Shown: piece by piece, positions 12,645-26,200 of the stretch | Layout of the letters: the number at the start of each line of letters is the position of its first letter | Position numbering within the stretch: position 1 is the stretch's first letter | Assembly (NCBI RefSeq): GCF_006345805.1 | Contig: NC_042997.1 | Coordinates: 46,252,001-46,316,000 of the forward strand | DNA: 64,000 nt | Source of the DNA: Octopus sinensis | Lineage: Eukaryota | Reading direction: 5' to 3' | Translations under genes and position numbers: made by a program | Notes under the pieces: generated by a model | Seen by the model: only the letters and a program-made list of their open reading frames with translations | What the model was told of the DNA's origin: nothing | Databases searched by the model: none

Positions 12645-13610
12645 GTCAACTTGAGTAATGTTATGCCAGTCTGATAAGTAGAGTAAAAACGATAAAATAG
12701 CAAACATGAACATATTCAAATTAATGGATCAAAAGAATATTGATGGAACTTGAGAATACCATAACCAAGTTAAAAAACAATCAACATGATATTATTATTT
12801 GGAGTTAAAATGACGGCGAGTTGGCAGAATTGTTAAAGAGTCGGAAGAAATGATTTTCAGAATTTCTTCTGGCACACTGTACGTTTTGAATTCAAATTTC
12901 GACGGAGTCAACTTCTCCAATCTTTCCCAAGTCGGTAAATTAAAGTATCTGTTATATACTGGGTGCGATGGTATTGCCTTAGGTCTCCCTTCAAAATTTC
13001 TAGCTTAAGTCTGAAACCATTATAAGGAATTAGAAAATGTAAAACTTATTCCGGTGTGGAAGTCAGTTATACATCCGACATAAACATTGTAAGAATAACG
13101 AGGATGACGTTATCTGTGTCATTGTTGTGTCAACTTGAGTAATGTTATGCCAGTCTGATAAGTAGAGTAAAAACGATAAAATAGCAAACATGAACATATT
13201 CAAATTAATGGATCAAAAGAATATTGATGGAACTTGAGAATACCATAACCAAGTTAAAAAACAATCAACATGATATTATTATTTGGAGTTAAAATGACGG
13301 CGAGTTGGCAGAATTGTAAAGAGTCGGAAGAAATGATTTTCAGAATTTCTTCTGGCACACTGTACGTTTTGAATTCAAATTTCGACGGAGTCAACTTCTC
13401 CAATCTTTCCCAAGTCGGTAAATTAAAGTATCTGTTATATACTGGGTGCGATGGTATTGCCTTAGGTCTCCCTTCAAAATTTCTAGCTTAAGTCTGAAAC
13501 CATTATAAGGAATTAGAAAATGTAAAACTTATTCCGGTGTGGAAGTCAGTTATACATCCGACATAAACATTGTAAGAATAACGAGGATGACGTTATCTGT
13601 GTCATTGTTG
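12645..13610. repeat. Tandem duplication of a 484-bp unit that contains a SINE
   Basis: 12645-13128 is almost identical to 13129-13610; a SINE lies at ~12806-13030 and ~13290-13515. Confidence 0.9.
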
Positions 13611-14549
13611 ATCAATCAGTAAATCTAGCACCTAAGACATATTTTCAAATTTATATCACTTATTACTACTAGAGTGGTATGGTACGTACAAGTTGTTTGA
13701 ATCAAAATTATTGCTGATTTTAAATTTTTGAGAGAAGACTAGACACCATAATTCATACGCAACAAATAATGGACCCGAAAGCTAGGTCAATAAAATTTTA
13801 CAAAAACCTTATTAATGTTCAAACAGTGAATGGCTGCGCAAAAAATGATGAAAAGTTGAAGACCTATTATAAAAACATAACAATAAAAATATTTTTTCGT
13901 TAGAATCCATCATCGAATATGTGGTAGGCGAAAATAAACTCTAAAACTCCAATAAAAAAGAAAACACACACAAACACACGCGCGCGCACACATACAAACA
14001 CGCACACACATATACATGTATCACACACAGAGAGACACATATACATACACGTATAGACAAGTTCATATGCACATCTCCATGAGCATATATACGCGTATAA
14101 ACACACATGCAAACGCACACAAAAATCCATGTATACATATATACAAGCATTTATACATGCACATATGCATACATAATTACACTCGTAATATACATACACA
14201 CACACACACACACAAATATATATATATATGTGTATATAAAATTTAGTTATATAATCGTCAATTTCGTAAGCTTGTGCCACGGCTTTTGTCACTATAGGAA
14301 AGTTCGAAGTACAAAAACGACTACATAAATAAATAAATAAATAAATAAAACAGATCGATTTTAGATTTCAGCATTTTACTAATTATGTCCAATGTGGCAA
14401 GGAAGTCTAACTGTCACAAGCGAGGCTGATGAAGAGCTTCTCTAAACTATCATTAACGAATGGGAGATTCAGATTTCATATTGCAAAGCTGGTAATTTAT
14501 ACTGCACAAATCACTGGCAATTTGTGTGTCTGAGCTCGTGCGTCTGTAC

Positions 14550-14554
14550 ATATG

Positions 14555-14591
<37 letters not shown>

Positions 14592-14596
14592 AATAA

Positions 14597-14627
<31 letters not shown>

Positions 14628-14779
14628 ATATATGTATGTATATATATATATGTATCTATACACACAACATATATAAATATATGTGTATGTATATATTTGT
14701 ATATATACATATATATATGTGTGTGCGTATGGACACTCACATGCACCACACAACACACACACACACACCACACACACAT

Positions 14780-14819
<40 letters not shown>

Positions 14820-15181
14820 GTATTTGTTTGTGTGTCTGTGTATGTATATCAGTATGCTTTTCCAAGTGGGTGTGACTGATGTCAGTATATATATATGAGT
14901 CTATGGCTGCGAAATGTGTGCAAGGTAGGAGTATTGGATGTTTTAGCATTAATATGTATGTTTGTGTGTATTTGGGTGCGAGAATGTGTGTGTGAGTGTG
15001 TGTGTGTGTGTGTGTGTATGTGTGGCTATACTTGCATGTGCGTGTATGTTTGGGTTTATGTGTATGCGTGTTAGTATATATATGTGCATTTACGTGTATG
15101 TTTGTGTGTTAGCGCGAATGCACAGCGTGAGAAAAACACATAGATGTCCAAATACCCAGACTCTTACAAGACCACACAAAG

Positions 15182-15213
<32 letters not shown>

Positions 15214-15876
15214 ACACACACATACACACACACACAAACACGTATATAGACATAATACAGGTTGTATTGCTGAATATCTGTTGCTTTTAACGTTGATTTA
15301 TCTCTCTTCAGTATATGCATATGTGCATATGTGTGTGTGTGTGTGAGTGCGTGCGTCTTTGTGTTTTATGCGTGTGTATACATACGTGTATGTGTCTGAG
15401 TGAGTAAGTGTGCGTGTATAACCGGATGTGTGTTAGTGCACCTAGATATTTAACTTTATATATATGCGTGTGATTGGTTATTATTCAGTCGGTGCGATTC
15501 TGGTAATATACATGAACGTAAATCGATACTTATTTATATAAGGTGCGTGTAATTGTATATGCGCACGCACCCATACACACACAGATAAATACGCACACAT
15601 TCGAACTTTTATATGTATGTATGTATATATGTGTCTTTGTACATGTGTACATGTATGTACATGATTTGAAAACAGTGTTGAAAACAACTCTGACTGCAAT
15701 GTGTGTGCCTGTGTGTGTGTGTGCGTGAGTGTATGCGTGTGTGTATGTATATGTATATACATATACATATGTATATATACATAGGTATATGCATATCTAC
15801 ATATGTATATGTATATATGTGTGTATGTATATCTATCTATCTATATATATATATTATAGAATACATTCATATATAC

Positions 15877-15923
<47 letters not shown>

Positions 15924-15988
15924 TATGTAATTTATATACATACATATAATATATAATATATATAATATATATATATATATATATAATA

Positions 15989-16026
<38 letters not shown>

Positions 16027-16361
16027 TATATATGTATGTATCTGTATATGTATATATGTACGTGTGTGTATGTATATGTCTGTGTGTATACATACATCTA
16101 TTTATGTGTGTCCGCGTTAACGGATAACGTTTTGAGCCACATTCCGAGTTTAAACAGGAATCATTTTTATAACAAAGACCAGAATCGACATAATTCGCGA
16201 AACAACGTCATGTACCTCACATTTTGGGAAAAACTTAATGTGAAACTGGCCAAAATCTATTACTATATTTTTAAAAATGATTAAATTCTAATTAATTCAA
16301 ATATATTCTTTGTACCTTTTCACCTTTAACTTAATTTCTCCTATTCTGCCACATATTTGGA

Positions 16362-16417
<56 letters not shown>

Positions 16418-16506
16418 GGTGCAAGCGACCTAAGCCTTGTGAGCGGATTTGGTAAACGGAAAATGATAGAAAATGACGTATGTATATGTGTATATATATG
16501 TATTTA

Positions 16507-16547
<41 letters not shown>

Positions 16548-16580
16548 CACATATATATATACATATATATAATATATATA

Positions 16581-16640
<60 letters not shown>
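14550..16640. repeat. Dense (TA)n/(CA)n/(TG)n microsatellite field interleaved with short unique stretches
   Basis: Read directly; it is the source of the YI/CV/HT-rich ORFs. Confidence 0.9.
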
Positions 16641-16641
<1 letters not shown>

Positions 16642-16869
16642 TATAGTTGGAATTTACGAAAGAAAAGCAAAATACGAAGACAGGTGTAATAGTTTATGCT
16701 CGGATGGTGAGAATTTTTTTACGTGTCGAGTCTATACTCTTCAACAGAAAGGAATATATGAAAATATCCAGAGAGAGAATAAAAATAGCTTTAGCGGCTA
16801 GCGGTCAATCACACACACGCATACACACACACACGCGCGCGCACATACACACACACACACCGCGCGCGA

Positions 16870-17090
16870 GTGTGTGTGTATCTGCGTGTCTGTGTTTGTC
16901 CCCTCACCATCGTTTGACAACCGATGCTGGTGTGCTTACGTCTCTGTAACTTAGCGGTTCGGCAAAGGAGATGATAGAATAAGTACTTGGCTTACAAAGC
17001 ATAAGTCTTGGGGCTCGATTTCTTCGACTAAAGGCGGTGTTCCAGCATGGCAGCAGTCAAATGACTGAAACGAGTAAAAGAATGAAAAAA
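16870..17090 (+). mobile_element. 3' half of tRNA-derived SINE family 1
   Basis: Matches the reverse complement of 27324-27560 (gatgctggtgtg..acttagcggttcggcaaa..cagtcaaatgactgaaac). Confidence 0.8.
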
Positions 17091-17150
17091 TAGGTGCAGG
17101 CTTGGCTGTACAGTAAGAGTCTTGCTTCCCAACCACTTGATTCCACGTTC

Positions 17151-17880
17151 GTTTCGTCTTAACATTTAACTTCTCTAGCAATTTCATCGAGAACTGATAC
17201 ATCCGCCTGCAGAGATTCGATCTCTTTTGTATTGCTTCTTTCCACTTAGGAGGTCTATTGACCTGGCTGGTCGGTCCTTTTCTGTGTCGTCTTGATAACT
17301 AGTTGAGCAGTTTCAACTTTAGTAGTGGAATTGATGTGGTTGTCTAAGGTTGTTGGGTCATTTTCCTTATTACTTAAGATCTGTCTAAGAGCAAAGTTAT
17401 CTATCATGATTATGTTGTTTTTATGTTCTTTGAGAACTTTACCAGTAGTTCTGCGTTGATGATATCAATAGACTCATTTTTTTGCTGAGTTCTTCGATGA
17501 TATCTTCTTTCGCTTCTATGATCTTCTCTTTATTATTCACCTCAAATTCTGTGTGATACCTATTCTGGGGTTCTTGAGGTAGGTCTACTTTCTCCTCTTT
17601 ATCAGCATATCAGTTTTTCGCTATTCCTTCTTCAGCTTCCTCGTTGTGATATACTGCTCGTACACAGGGTTCTGTGCATGTTGCTTATTTCATCTGCGTT
17701 GTTGCTGCTTTCATTTGGTCTACCACAAGATGTGTATCCTAATTTGGCTAATTTCAGCGTCAGTTAACGTTTTAGTCTTAATGACGTCACTACTTACATT
17801 ACCTAATATATTTACATCTATATATCTGCATACTTCCTTGCCTACAAATTTTCTCCATGATGGGCATGTTTGTACAACGG
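17151..17880 (-). mobile_element. R4/Dong-type LINE, decayed N-terminal fragment
   Basis: Minus-strand YIDVNILGNV..VIKTKTLTDAEI and PPKWKEAIQK(E)IESLQADVSVLDEI are homologous to the N-terminus of the 23.4-kb ORF (NPNKLANVRRYIL..ISEIEI; WINNIQSKI..DLSTLNEI). Confidence 0.6.
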
Positions 17881-17881
17881 G

Positions 17882-18415
17882 ATGCCATCAAAGTGAAACT
17901 GGGGTAAAATATACGAAGCCCAATATACCCATCATGACTACCTGTCTGATAAAGGTACACCAGGCACATACATCACAACCATATGTGCGCTACATGGTGA
18001 TCTCATATCAAGATAAACAGCACATGACCTTGCAGTGGGGCCCAGTTAGAATTTTCTTCAGGTTGAGTAGCCCTCCCGCTCAAAAGGTCTCTGAATAAGG
18101 GTTGCTTAAGGATATTGAAAGAACCACCCATGTTTCCAGAGGTGAATTATTCAAACCCCAAGAATCCCTCTCACACATGGCCATGATGCTCCCCCACTAC
18201 TTCTGCTCGTGATCAGAGATGCACATATCGTCAGCCACTAAGGGACATGGTCAACTGGTTAAGGTCAAACAACTGACAAGCAAATCTGTGGTATTGAGCA
18301 GAATATTTGCTGTAGCCCATCTTTTATACCAAGACAAAACAATGTACATGATAACACTTGCAAGCAGTTAAGATCAGAAGCCATGAGAGCCACTGCCTGG
18401 TACTGCATCAGGGCA
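17882..18415 (-). mobile_element. ~540-bp (AAT)n-associated retroposon, copy B (3' tip lost)
   Basis: Sequence match to copy A; same 5' terminus TGCCCTGATGCAGTACC followed by (ATT)n on the plus strand. Confidence 0.8.
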
Positions 18416-18448
<33 letters not shown>

Positions 18449-18489
18449 TTTATTTTTTTATTTTATTTATTTTTTTTATTATTATTATT

Positions 18490-19630
18490 TTACGAGCAGA
18501 ATTTTGTCCACAGATTCTGCACTTATCACTTTCTGATGTGTTGTCTATTCTGTATTTTATGTAGTTTGTTTTTAGTGCTTGCTCTTGGGAAGCATAGATT
18601 AGAGCGTTTTCCGGGTTTAAATCACTTTTAGTCATCCACAGCCATCTTTTTCTCTGTCTGTCTTATCTTCAACATCCCTATGAAATTGTTCACGCATTCT
18701 TTTCTTCACACACCTATTTTCAGTTTCATTCATTTTCAATTGCTTGTACAGAGCTTTAACTTTGCAATCCTTCATCCTACACAAGCCTGACCTTCTTACT
18801 TCGAATAATAGGGGTTCTGTGGCATATTTTACATACCATGCTATGCTGTTTTCTTCTGCCCTAATGCTGTGTTCACATCCAATAAATCCCCTTCCCCCTC
18901 TTTTTCTTGGTACATATAGTCTGTCTGCGTCATCTTTTGGGTGGAGTGTTCCATATCTAGTTAGCAACTTTCTTGTCTTTCTGTCTAAGCTGTTTAGTTC
19001 GTCTACTGTCCATGCGATTACCTCTGCTCCATATCCAAGGGGTGAAACCTTCTAGGTGTTTATAGCTTCAGTCTAATTCCGTCCGTTTAATTTTGACTTA
19101 AGCATCAGTCTCAGTCTGCGCAAGCACTCCACCTTAAAAGTTTCTGTCATTTCTTTCTCCATCAATTTATCCATTTCCAAAATCCTCCAAGAACTTATAG
19201 TCCGTCTCTTCTATCTGCTTCATAAACTCCCCCGACGGTATCGTTAGCCCGTCCATACATTTGATTTTTCCTCTATTCAAGACTAACACACCACACTTTC
19301 TCAGTCTGAACTCCATTCTGATATCAGCACTGAAGGTATACAAAGTATCAATGAGGAAACTGACTTGGGCTTCATCTTTACCATAAAGTTTGAGCTCATC
19401 CATGAATAACAAATGGTTGACTTTTTGTAGACGGCTTTTGAATACATACCCAGTCTTTTTTTCCTCAGAATCAGTGTGAGTGGTATCAAGCACAGTACAA
19501 AGATCAGCGGGGACAGTCACTCCTCTTGGAAGATGCCCCTCCTAATTTCTACTGTCCCTAAACTTCTTCCGTATACTGTCAGGTTTTCCTCCAATTCACC
19601 ATAGTTTTTCCAAGCAATCGTTCAACATTC
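18490..19630 (-). mobile_element. R4/Dong-type LINE fragment (RT to zinc knuckle)
   Basis: RGIFQ..LSP, HLLFMDELKLY, KCGVL, RLYVPRKRGGRG, QEQALKTNY, CRICG. Confidence 0.85.
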
Positions 19631-19652
19631 AATGCAATACCAAATAGGTTTA

Positions 19653-19705
<53 letters not shown>

Positions 19706-19733
19706 TATTATTATTATTATCATTATTATTATT

Positions 19734-20230
19734 GAGTGAGAGAGCAGTGCATGCCATCAAAGTGACACTGGGGTAAAATATACGAAGCCCAGTATGCCCA
19801 CCATGACTACCCGTCTGATAAGGGTACATTAGGCACATGCATCACAACCATATGTGCGCGACATGGTGATCTCATACCAAGATAAACAGCATATGACCTT
19901 ACATGTGGGGCCCAATTAGAATTTTCTTCTGGTCGAGTAACCCATCCCACTCAAAAGGTCCCTGAAGAATGGTTGTTTAAGGATGTTGAACGAAACACCC
20001 ATGTTTCAAGAGGTGAATTATTCAAACCCCAAAGAATCCCTCTCAACACATGGCTATGATGCTCCCCCACTACTTCTGTTCATGATCAGAGATACACATA
20101 TCGTCAGCCACTAAGGGACATGCTCAACTGGTTAAGGTCAAACAACTGACAAAACTATGTACACGATAACACTTCCAATCAGATAAGATCAGAAGCCACG
20201 AGAGCCACTGCCTGGTACTTCATAAGGGCA
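19734..20230 (-). mobile_element. ~540-bp (AAT)n-flanked retroposon, copy C (internal deletion of ~60 bp)
   Basis: Sequence match to copy A; ATT repeats on both sides. Confidence 0.8.
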
Positions 20231-20250
20231 TTTATTATTATTATTGCTAT

Positions 20251-20285
<35 letters not shown>

Positions 20286-20288
20286 TAT

Positions 20289-20332
<44 letters not shown>

Positions 20333-20335
20333 ATA

Positions 20336-20379
<44 letters not shown>

Positions 20380-20413
20380 GTTGTTGTTGTTGTTGTTGTT
20401 GTTATTATTATTA

Positions 20414-21860
20414 TTTTTACCATCTTTCAATTCTGTTTCCATTTCTTTCCGAGCGTCTGTCTTACACCTTTAGGGCAGAGAAACGTACTGTATACATTAG
20501 TAGGTCATTAAAATAAACACACCACATTATTCATTTACTGTCATGTGATAGAGAAAAGGAGAAGAACGACAGAGAGGAAAAAGAAAAAATACAAAGTAAA
20601 AAAGTGAACAAAGAAATTAAAGGGGTGGGAGAAGAATGAAAATTCACAGAGACATTGCTCTTCTCAATACCTGTGACGTACCAATTAAGACAAGCTAGGG
20701 ATTATTCGTAAATCATTTTTAGTTCTTTTTTTTGCAAGTGCCCCTACAATCACTGGTATTTTAACCGTCTTTAAATGCAGCATCTCTTCGATTTCAATTA
20801 TCAAATCTTTATATTTTCTGAGCTTGTCAAATTCTTTTGCCGAGACATTATGGTCAAAGGGTTTGCTCATGTCAATCAATAAAGCGAGATTATTGTTTTT
20901 GTCTTTCACAACAATATCGGATGTATTTGTTTTGATGGTCCTGTTTGTAGATACTGGAAAATCCCAAATAATCGTTACATTTTCTTCCTCAGCTACAGCC
21001 TCAGAGTTGTTCGTGTACAATTTGTCAGTAGTTTTGATTTTATAATGCCTACAAATTATCCAGTGTAGATATTGGCCAAATCTGTCATGTCTTGATTTGT
21101 ACTCCTAAGATACTAAATATATCAACACGTTGGGTTTGCACCATTTTTCATCACATTGACTTGATAATTCCGGGTCAGTAAGCTCTGATCTCGAGCAGCC
21201 AAGGTAAAGCCTTCACACTCTACCTTTAGTCCTGTGCTCCGTAGCCACTGATGGTTATGCTTCAGGTCTATATCAGCTTTTTTGCTACTGCCACATATTT
21301 GCCATGCAGAGGTTTTTGCTTCCACCTATCAGCCAATTGTTGAAACGGAATTTGCTTTGAAATTAATTTTACTTTCTTTGCAACTTTAATTGTTGCACTT
21401 CCATCACTCTATTCAACCTGGGTATTATGCATGAACTCACTTGAAAATATTTTGTTCCTCTTCATAACTGAATTAAAATCCTTACGTCTTGCATGTTTTT
21501 CAACGAGCTTTATCAACCAGTCGTTAGATGCTTCAAGGTATTTTGCCACTCCAGTTGTGGTGGTTTTGTAAGAGATTTCAAATTGCATCAAGCCTCGATC
21601 TCCTTGAGCTCTGGGGAGGCAAGACGATTTGCACCTGCCTTTCCTTGATGCATCTTATTGCAAGGCAGCAGCTAATGGGTTTTCCTGTCAATCTTCTTTA
21701 TTTCGCTCATATTCCAGTTCAACACATTCAAACTGTAAATAACAACCAGAACTGCTAAGGAATTTATAGCTAACACCTTGATACGTGCATTTAACTTGGA
21801 TTTAAGGACTGCTCTATCTCTCCTGTTACATTCTTTCCATATTTTCTCTTTCATGCTGAC
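20414..21860 (-). mobile_element. 5'-truncated R4/Dong-type LINE with RLE domain, 3' UTR and (AAT)n tail
   Basis: LKSKLNARIKVLAINSLAV, HQWLRSTGLK..EG..LAARDQSLLTRNY, IIWDFPV..SDIVVKD..LIDMSKP..KYKDL..VIVGAL; UTR ends ggtaaaa(aat)n. Confidence 0.88.
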
Positions 21861-21861
21861 A

Positions 21862-23090
21862 TACTGAATGCCATATGTAAATCGTGTCCGTCATCTGCTA
21901 CCGCATGAACGTCGTGCCTAGCCCTCGTCGCGCCTTGCCAAGTTGGAGCGCCTCCTCTTCAAATTCTTATGGATGGGACAGGTTCTGTTGGTTCATTTGC
22001 TGTCAGCATCCCCTACGTAGAGAGCTTGGTATGCCCTTGCTAATGATGCGCAGACTTGCACTGAGCTGCGGCATCCTCAGATATTCTGTCTACACGGTGA
22101 ACAGGTATTGTCGCCGCTTGTCAATCAAGCCTTTCCTCAGCTCATGTCCCAGACTGAATTACAGTCCTGGGTCAAGAAGACACCCAGACAAGGTGACTGG
22201 CACCTGGAATGATGCCAGGCACTCATTGCCCTCTACCAGACAGGGAAATAGGTCAGTGGAACATCTGGCCTTGAATTCAGTAGAGGGTCGGGGCGGGAAA
22301 TTGCAATGATGCACTCGGAGAGGCGCTTGGCGTTGACGAAGTCGAACTGACCAGTTTGTTTTGGGGGACTTTCGAGCCTGGGACGATGGAGAACTTCTAG
22401 AAAACGCTTGCTTGGTAGTACCACCGGTTCGAGAAACTCCACAGGTACCGAAATGCTGTGAGACGGACTTGCCCAAGATGCGCTCAGAGTGACGAAACTG
22501 TTCAGCACGGACTCGTCTAGTGCCCATGCATTACTGACTTGTGTAGTTATGTTGAACAGTTGTTGCCGCGAGTAGGACGGATCCGGCTATCGGCCAAGTA
22601 CTTAGTGAAGTTGACCCGCCGCCTTCCTTTGGCTAGGAAAGGCAGAACGTTTTCTGCTGTTTGTTAGCAGTAGCGAAAGAGGTTGTATGGTGGACCAGGT
22701 TGAAAGGACTGAAGACAGACACTTTTCTCTTCGGCCAATCTCTCATCAATTTTTCAAAGGGTGGAGAGAGAGAGAGAGGTAATGCCCTACACCAGTACAT
22801 TTGCTGAAAGGTGAGTGAATATAGCGAAAAAGGCTCGTATGAGTGGACCTGTTCCAATAATGTGCCTGTAGGATGGTGAATTTGAAGCGCCGGGTGGTTC
22901 AGGATCGGTGGGGTACCGGAGCCAACCCTGGGTGGTCATCCCACCTCCTATAGGGGAAATCTAATTTTTGTATTTTTCTTCTTTAATGTTTATTATTATT
23001 GTCTTCATGATTGTTTACTCGTTGTTTTGCGTAAAACACCCACTGTCACCGTCTACTGTATACGTTGGCCCTAGTGGCCAATTAATGAAA
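21862..23090 (+). mobile_element. 5'-truncated L1/Tx1-clade LINE (ORF2 C-terminus and 3' UTR)
   Basis: LERLLFKFLWMGQVLLV, ICCQHPLRRELGMP, and CCHC knuckle CPRCAQSDETVQHGLV*CP..LCSYVEQLL; GC-richer than the flanks. Confidence 0.75.
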
Positions 23091-23099
23091 ATAATAATG

Positions 23100-23141
<42 letters not shown>

Positions 23142-23149
23142 TAATCATA

Positions 23150-23186
<37 letters not shown>

Positions 23187-23202
23187 GATCATGATGATGA
23201 TG

Positions 23203-23237
<35 letters not shown>

Positions 23238-23253
23238 TTATTATTATTATTAT

Positions 23254-26200
23254 CCACCCGTATGGAGCCAAAAATTAACTGACAAAGGATTGGACTATAT
23301 CCGAATAAGTAATACTCATTGAAATTTATTACTATTTTCGAAACGAAATGATGTATTTTAACTCGATATCGTATCCACCTCTAACACAACACATGTAAAC
23401 ATGCGTGATACATTACGATCCATCAACACCAGACCATTTCAGGCTCCAAACACCATGTACAAAGGAACTAATAAGAAATTAAATAACACCGATATTATTC
23501 AACCCAAGAATAACAATCGGGAGGTACGTACCTTAAACTTACAACACAAAATGTACGAAAAGCTACACGTGCAAAACATTGTGACAACAGAAATGAACGG
23601 ACCGGTACCCTACGAAAATGACGACCGTCAAAATAATGGGCCGGACGTTTTTCCACATGTCCCGCAAATAAAACCCAAAAGGCATAAATGGACACGTGAG
23701 GAATACATTTCTATCCTACATGCTAACTTTACAGCAGTGCTCTACCCAAAGAATGAAAACACAACAACACATACATATAAAATATGGAAGAAAAATAACA
23801 TAGATATAGACTTGGATACAGCAATGAACCCTAATAAACTAGCTAACGTACGAAGATATATTCTCAACGCCAAAAAAATATCAGAAATAGAAATAGAGCA
23901 TTTAAAAGGAAAAAATACATCAGGAAAATGTAGATAGAAGCCACACAACAATACCAAATAATATAAACACTGAAGCAGTAAAACACGAAGACAAACGTAA
24001 CATTTCCAACAAAAACGATGTAAACAAAAAACAACAAACCCAGACCGTAAGGATGCACAATAACACACGACAAACAGCAAGCCAAAACACAGCAGACAAA
24101 TATACGAACGTGAAAAAAAGCGACACAAATCTAAAACCTGGAAACAACGAAGGGGAGCCTAATGATTATGATACTAGAAAAAGTAGAATAATCAAAGAAC
24201 TGAAAAACACAGATCTCAAGATGGACCACCGACCATACCTCCCAAAAATCAAAATAGACAAAACAACAACATCAATTATAAACAGCATAAACCTAGCCGT
24301 CACGCAACTAATAGCCATTGAAACAAAAAGCGATATCACTGAGCTAAATGACTAAGTATATGCAGCAGCCACTGCAGCCACAAAAAAGCTGGATACTCAC
24401 TCAAACCCATCCAAACAGGAGTACCACCACCCAAACAAACCCTGTGGATAAATAACATCCAAAGCAAAATACCAAAAATGAGAAAAGATCTGTCGACTCT
24501 TAATGAAATCAGTAGACAATCAACGCTACTAAGCAACAAAAAGAAAACAAAAATACTCCGAAAATACAACATCACAAAAAGATTTTCCTGAGATAAAAGT
24601 AAAACTAACGCAAGATATAATTGCAAAGCAAAAAGGATCCGCCGGTACAAGAAACGCCAATGTTTCTTTGAACAAAACAAAGTTCAACTCCAACCCCCAA
24701 AAGTTCTACCAAGAACTTGGCAAGAGTAAAATAGACATCATTGCAGCACCAACGGCAGAAGAAGTGGAAGAATTCTGGAAAGGAATATGGTCGGCGAATG
24801 AACAACAAAAAAAAAGGAGTATTAAAACAACAAACATAGCATCTGAGCAACTTTGAACCCCCATAACAACTGAAGAGGTCACCCAGGTACTGCAAAGACT
24901 AAGCAACTGGAAGGCACCTGGGCATGACAAGATCCCCAACTTCTGGTTGAATTATCTACCAGGAATACACAAAAAGCTGACTGAAAGCTTTAACAACATA
25001 CTGGCAGAGCCAGAGACAATGCCTGAATGGCTCACGAAGGGGAAAACCATCTTAATTCCCAAATCAAATGAGACAGCAAAACCAGAAAACTACAGACCTA
25101 TAACATGTCTCCCTGCAATGTACAAAGCATTTTCTGCAGTAATATCACAAAGATTAAACAAGCACCTGGACGAAAACAACCTGTTTCCAGAAGAGCAGAA
25201 AGGATGCCGCAAAGTCTCATACGGCTGTAAAGATCAACTAATGATCGATAAAGCCATAACTGAAGACAGTCACAGAAAAAAGAAAGGCCTCAGTATGGCC
25301 TGGATCGACTACAGAAAGACGTTTGATAGCATCCCCCACACATGGATCCTCGAAACTCTAGCCATTAACAATGTAGCACCAACAATTATAAAATACATAG
25401 GACACACTATGAATAAAGGCAAACAGTGCTACAGCTCCAAACAAAAGAGGGACTTGTGAAAACCAAAGCCATCCTCATTAGAAGAGGAATATTCCAGGGA
25501 GACACGCTCTCTCCACTCCCTTTCTGCTTGGCACTGTCACCTCTATCTGATGTGCTAAATAGAACTGGATGCGGATATAAATGTTACGGCAAAACGATCA
25601 GCCACCTTTTATATATGGATGAACTAAAACTATACGCTGCAAATGACAAACAGCTGGAACACTATTAAAGTTCATGGATTTACCAAAGAAATAGATATGA
25701 AATTTGGATTAGAAAAATGCGCCAAAGTAACCTTGAAAAGAGGAAAACTAGTTAAGAGTAGCACAATCACACTAGATAAAACCAATGAAATAAAAGAATT
25801 AGACCAAAGCCAAACTTACAAATACTTAGGAATCCATGAACTAGATAAGACATAACACACACAAATGAAAGAGAAAATAAAAGAAGAATATTATAGACGA
25901 GTTAGATCAATACTAAAACAGAGCTGAATGCTAAAAACAAGATAATAGTTATTAACACTTTAGCTGTCCCTGTTATAAGTTACAGCTGCAATATCCTTAA
26001 CTGGACACTAAATGAACTGACCAAAATAGATAGGAAAACAAGAAAAATAATGACAGGATCTAGGATGCATCACCCAAAATCTGACATAGAAAGACTATAT
26101 ATACAACGTATAGAAGGTGGTAGAGGCCTTATAACAACTGGAAAACTACTATAAAATAACCACGATAGGACTGCAAAAATATCTACTTCAGAAGGAAGGA

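Noticed and set aside
14426-14450. CTGATGA-AGAG-ctt-CTCT-AAAC, a possible hammerhead
   Set aside because: G12 is missing and no stem I or stem III partners were found; at best a relic.
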